From an uncultured Actinomycetes bacterium (GTDB taxonomy: Bacteria > Actinomycetota > UBA4738 > HRBIN12): a stretch of DNA of 64,000 nucleotides. The notes beneath the pieces are model-generated. The model was not told the origin of the DNA. It made no database searches and saw only the letters and a program-made list of their open reading frames with translations. This document shows, piece after piece, positions 59,868 through 64,000 of the stretch. Each line of letters opens with the position of its first letter. Positions within the stretch are counted from its first letter, which is position 1. The stretch covers positions 891,946-955,945 of the forward strand of contig CAVTOC010000006.1 in NCBI GenBank assembly GCA_963736335.1, in the 5' to 3' direction. A program made the translations under genes and the position numbers.

Positions 59868-62800
59868 CTAGGAGGTCCTGACCGCACGGAGCGGACGGGG
59901 CGTGCGATCGCGTTCCTGCGACGCGGTGACCCGGGTCCCCTCCTGAACCCCGACGATCGTCGCCAGGTCGAGCCGCGGCACCACGTGGAGCATCTCCCTC
60001 GAGTGGACGTCCCACCCGGCCAGAAGCGTCGCCGCCCGCGCCGAACCGGTGAGCTCGCGGTGCCGCTCCACCAGACGCCGGAGCCGTTCGAGCAGATCGG
60101 CCGAGGGCACTCGAGCCTCCACGAGCTCGGGGTTCAGGCGGGTCGGCACGCCGCCGTCGGGGTCGTGGACGAAGAGCTCTCCTCCCGTCATGCCGGCGGC
60201 GAGGTTCCGTCCCACGGTCCCGAGCACCACGACCGACCCGCCGGTCATGTACTCGCAGGCGTGGTCGCCGACCCCTTCGACCACCGCCATCGCGCCCGAG
60301 TTGCGGACCGCGAACCGCTCGCCGGCCCGGCCGGCGACGAACAGCTCGCCGCCCGTCGCCCCGTAGAGCACCGTGTTCCCAGCGAGACACGGATCGCCCG
60401 CGTCGTCTGGAGGAGGAGCGATCACGATGCGGCCGCCACCCATGCCCTTGCCGACGTAGTCGTTGGCCTCACCGACCAACCGCAGCTCGACGCCGTCCGA
60501 CAGGAAGGCGCCGAACGACTGCCCCGCGGAGCCGTGGAAGCGCACGCGGGCGGATCCGGGCGGCGTGGACGCGCCGAACGTCTTGCCGATCGCCCCACCC
60601 AGCCGCGCGCCCACGGCCCGATCCACGTTGGCGATGGGGAGATCGAGCTCGACGCTGCCACCGTCACGGACGGCCGGCCACGCCGCATCGAACACACGAT
60701 CGCCGAGCGGCGAGGTCGGCCGGGCGATCGCGTCGGTCGCCACCGAGCGGCGCTCCCCACGCGGACGCTTCAGCAGCGGGCGGACGTCCAGGCGGTCGTC
60801 GGCCGCGTCGAAGGCGCGCACCCGCAGCAGGTCAGCGCGGCCGATGACCTCGTCGAGCGTCCGGAAGCCCAGGCACGCGAGCAAGCCGCGGACCTCCTCG
60901 GCCACCGCGGTCATGAACGCGGCGACCATCTCCGGCGTCCCGGCGAACTTCGCCCGGAGCTCCGGCCGTTGCGTCGCGATCCCGACCGGACACGTGTCCA
61001 GGTGACACGTGCGAACCATGAGGCAGCCCTCCGCGAGGAGCGCCGCCGTGCCGAACGAGTACTCGTCCGCGCCGAGCAGCGCCGCGACCATCACGTCCCG
61101 GCCGGTCTTCAGCCCTCCGTCCACCCGGAGGCGGACCCGCGACCGAAGGCCGCTCTCCGCCATCTCGCGCTGCGCCTCGACCAGACCGAGCTCCCACGGC
61201 AAGCCGGCGTTCTTGATCGACGAGAGCGGTGAGGCACCCGTGCCGCCGTCGGCGCCGGCGATGTGGACCACGTCGGCAAGGGCTTTCACGACACCCAGCG
61301 CCACGGCGCCCACCCCGTCCTCGGCCACGAGCTTCACCGAGATCGCCGCGTCGGGGTTCACCTGCTTCAGATCGAACACGAGCTGGGCGAGGTCCTCGAT
61401 CGAGTAGATATCGTGATGCGGCGCGGGGCTGATCAGCGCGACCGCGGGCTGGGTGTGGCGGAGCCTCGCGATCTCGGCCGTCACCTTGTGCCCCGGAAGC
61501 TGGCCGCCCTCGCCGGGCTTGGAGCCCTGCGCGATCTTGATCTGCAGTTCCTCCGCGAACGCGCAGTACTCGGGCGTCACACCGAAGCGCGCCGACGCGA
61601 TCTGCTTGATCTTCGAGTTCTTCGCGGTCCGGTACCGGGCGGGATCCTCACCGCCCTCTCCCGTGTTGGACCGGCCCCCGATCGCGTGCATGGCGAGCGC
61701 GAGCGTCTCGTGGGCTTCGGCCGAGATCGAGCCGTGGGAGATGGCCCCGGTGGAGAACCGCGCGAGGATGCTCGAGGCGGGCTCGACCTGTTCGATGGGC
61801 ACGGGCGTCTCGCCGGGCACGAGCTCCAACAGGTCGCGCACGGTGCTCGGCGGGCGGGCGTGCACGATCGCCGCGTACCGCGCGTACAGGTCGGACCGCT
61901 CCGGCGCCTTGACCGCACGGCCCAACGCGTGCGCGGCACGCATGTCGGTGTCCTCGACCGCGCCCTTCGCGCCCGACGCGTTCGTCCGGAGTCGCTCGAG
62001 CAGCGGATCCGCCACGCGATGTGCCGCACGCACCACCGAGGGCTCGGTCGCGTGATGCTCCCCCCCGTTGCGGAACTTCACGTAGCCGGGGTTCGCGAGC
62101 ACGCGGGCGGGTGTCGCGTACGCGAGCGCGTGCCGCTCGAGGACGGCCGCGCCGACCTCGTCCACACCCACACCACCGAACGCGGTCGAGGTCGAGACGA
62201 AGCATGTCCGCACGATCTCGTCGTCGAGTCCGAGCACGTCGACGAGTTCGGCGCCGCGGTAGCTGTCCACGCACGAGATCCCTAGCTTGGCGAGCGTCTT
62301 GCGGATGCCGTCCTCGATCGCCTCACGGAATCGGGCGAGCGCCGAGGCGACCCGTTCTTCATCGTCTCCTGCGGAGCGAGCCAGCGCGGCGACCGTCGCC
62401 GCGGCGAGCGGGAGCCGGACCGCCTCGGCGCCCACGGCGAGCAGACAGGCGACGTGGTGCGACTCGCGCGCGTCGTCGACCTCGGCGATGAACGAGCATC
62501 GGGTGCGAAGACCCGCGCGCGTGAGCGCGACGTTCACCGCCCCGGCCGCGAGCACCGACGGGATGGGCGCTCGGTCGGGACCGGAGGCGAGGTCGCTCAC
62601 GACCAGGATCGACTCGCCGTCGGCCGCGGCCGCCACCGCCTCGGAGCCGAGCCGCCTGAGCGCGACCCGGAGGCCGGACGCGCCGCGATGCACGCGCCAG
62701 GTCGCGTCCAGCCGCCGTCCGCTCGGCCGTTCCCACTGGAAGAAGCTCTCGAGCTCCTCGAGCGCGGCGGCGGCTGGATCGTCCGCCAGCAGCGGCGCCC

Positions 62801-64000
62801 GCGGGCCGAGCAGCACGCCGAGCGACATCACCGACCGTTCACGCAGGTGATCCATGGCGGGGTTCGTCACCTGCGCGAACCGCTGACGCAGGTGGTTGAA
62901 GACGGAACGGCCGTGCCGGCTGAGAACGGCGATCGGCGCGTCGTCGCCCATGGAGAACGTCGGCTCCTTCCCGTGCGCCGCCGACGGCCGGAGCATCATG
63001 CTCAGGTCCTCCCGCGTGTAGCCGTGCAGGATCTGGCGCGTCAGGAGCTCATCGTCGACCACCGACTCGGCGCGGGGCATCTCGGGCAAGCGCGCGACAC
63101 GATGCGCTTCGGACCACGACGCCCACGGTTCCCGGTTCGCGACCGCCCGGATCGCGTCATCGTCGAAGCCGCCTTCCCGGGGATCGACGACGATCATCTG
63201 GCCCGGGCCGAGCTTCCCGCGACGGATCCGGATGCCGGGCAGGTCGACGACCCCGGCCTCCGATGCGCACACGACGAGTCCGTCGTCGGTCACCCAGTAC
63301 CGCAGAGGCCGGAGCCCGTTGCGGTCGAGCGCCGCGCCGACTGCCACGCCATCGGTGAAGATCAGCGCCGCGGGGCCGTCCCACGGTTCCATCAACGACG
63401 CGTGCCAGCGGTAGAACGATCGCCGCTCCTCGTCCATGTCGGGGGCCTCTTCCCACGCGGCGGGAACGAGCATCGCGATCGCGCGACGGATGTCCCGGCC
63501 CTCCCCGTGCCGCCCTCCCTCCTTGGTGAGGAGCTCGACGGCCTCGTCCAGGATGGCCGAGTCGGAGCCGCGGTCGTCGATCACCGGCCGGAAGAGCGTC
63601 TCCTCGGCCGGCGTCCCGAGACCCAGCCGGCCCTCGCGCGCCTGCATGCGGTTCGCGTTGCCGGCGATGGTGTTGATCTCGCCGTTGTGACAGAGCATGC
63701 GGAACGGCTGCGCGCGCTCCCACGTCGGCGCCGTGTTCGTGGAGTAGCGCTGATGGAAGACGATGAACGGCGCGTCGAGATCGGGATCGAGGAGGTCGTG
63801 GTAGAACGACCCCAACCGGTCGGCCGTCGCGAGCGCCTTGTAGGTGACGGTCGCGAAGCTGCACGACACCACGTAGACGTCCCGGTCGGCCGCACGCGCG
63901 AACGCATCGATCCGCCGACGGGCACGATGCGCGCGTTGCTCCGCACGGGCGGGCGCATCGGCCGCCGGCGCGCGCAACACAGCCTGCAGGATGCGCGGCC
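59868..64000 (-). CDS. gltB: Glutamate synthase large subunit (5'-truncated by the window edge)
   Basis: 1370+ aa. Amidotransferase, FMN and GXGXG domains ([39 protein letters not shown]). The N-terminal catalytic Cys region lies beyond 64000. Confidence 0.9.
   Translation of the reverse strand, partial: [1376 protein letters not shown]

Noticed and set aside
59985-62285. Several 340-415-aa plus-strand ORFs
   Set aside because: Antisense to gltB. Arg/Asp-rich phantom ORFs.

Overview
This ~70% GC window looks like an actinobacterial core chromosome, and almost all of it is coding. The fhaA-fhaB-pstP-rodA-pbpA-pknB synteny, the coproporphyrin-type hemE-hemH-hemY genes and an actinobacterial cytochrome oxidase subunit IV gene support that placement. 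The main blocks are: (i) a heme and heme-copper oxidase supercluster at 5-12 kb: hemE-hemH-hemY, an OmpR/histidine-kinase pair, ctaG-like, ctaB, and a cox operon in which subunit II ends in a blue-copper domain and is preceded by a copper-motif lipoprotein; (ii) tRNA-Ser, 7Fe ferredoxin and a ~1,100-aa PAS-only protein; (iii) a DUF4446-bactofilin-serS operon divergent from larB-larC; (iv) assorted membrane, regulator and transporter genes (TetR-MFS, GGDEF-EAL, RHH-DUF4097-ABC, lipoproteins, M14 peptidase); (v) a ~3 kb GntR-ABC island bounded by tRNA-Leu(CAG) and a diverged copy of its 3' half; (vi) the Ser/Thr-kinase cell-wall cluster; (vii) a Thy1/ThyX-like gene split over three frames and an orphan pilin; (viii) an 8-gene his operon; (ix) a delta-60-repeat protein, aceA, a DJ-1/PfpI gene and 5'-truncated gltB. 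Start/stop overlaps of 4 nt (ATGA/GTGA) are very common. Four conserved genes (hemY, PAS protein, ThyX-like twice) appear frameshifted. No CRISPR arrays, rRNA, integrases or transposases were seen. The ORF track is not exhaustive: for example the hemY N-terminal reading frame is missing from it. Many listed ORFs are antisense or GC-bias artefacts. My base-level coordinates may be off by a few nt in places.
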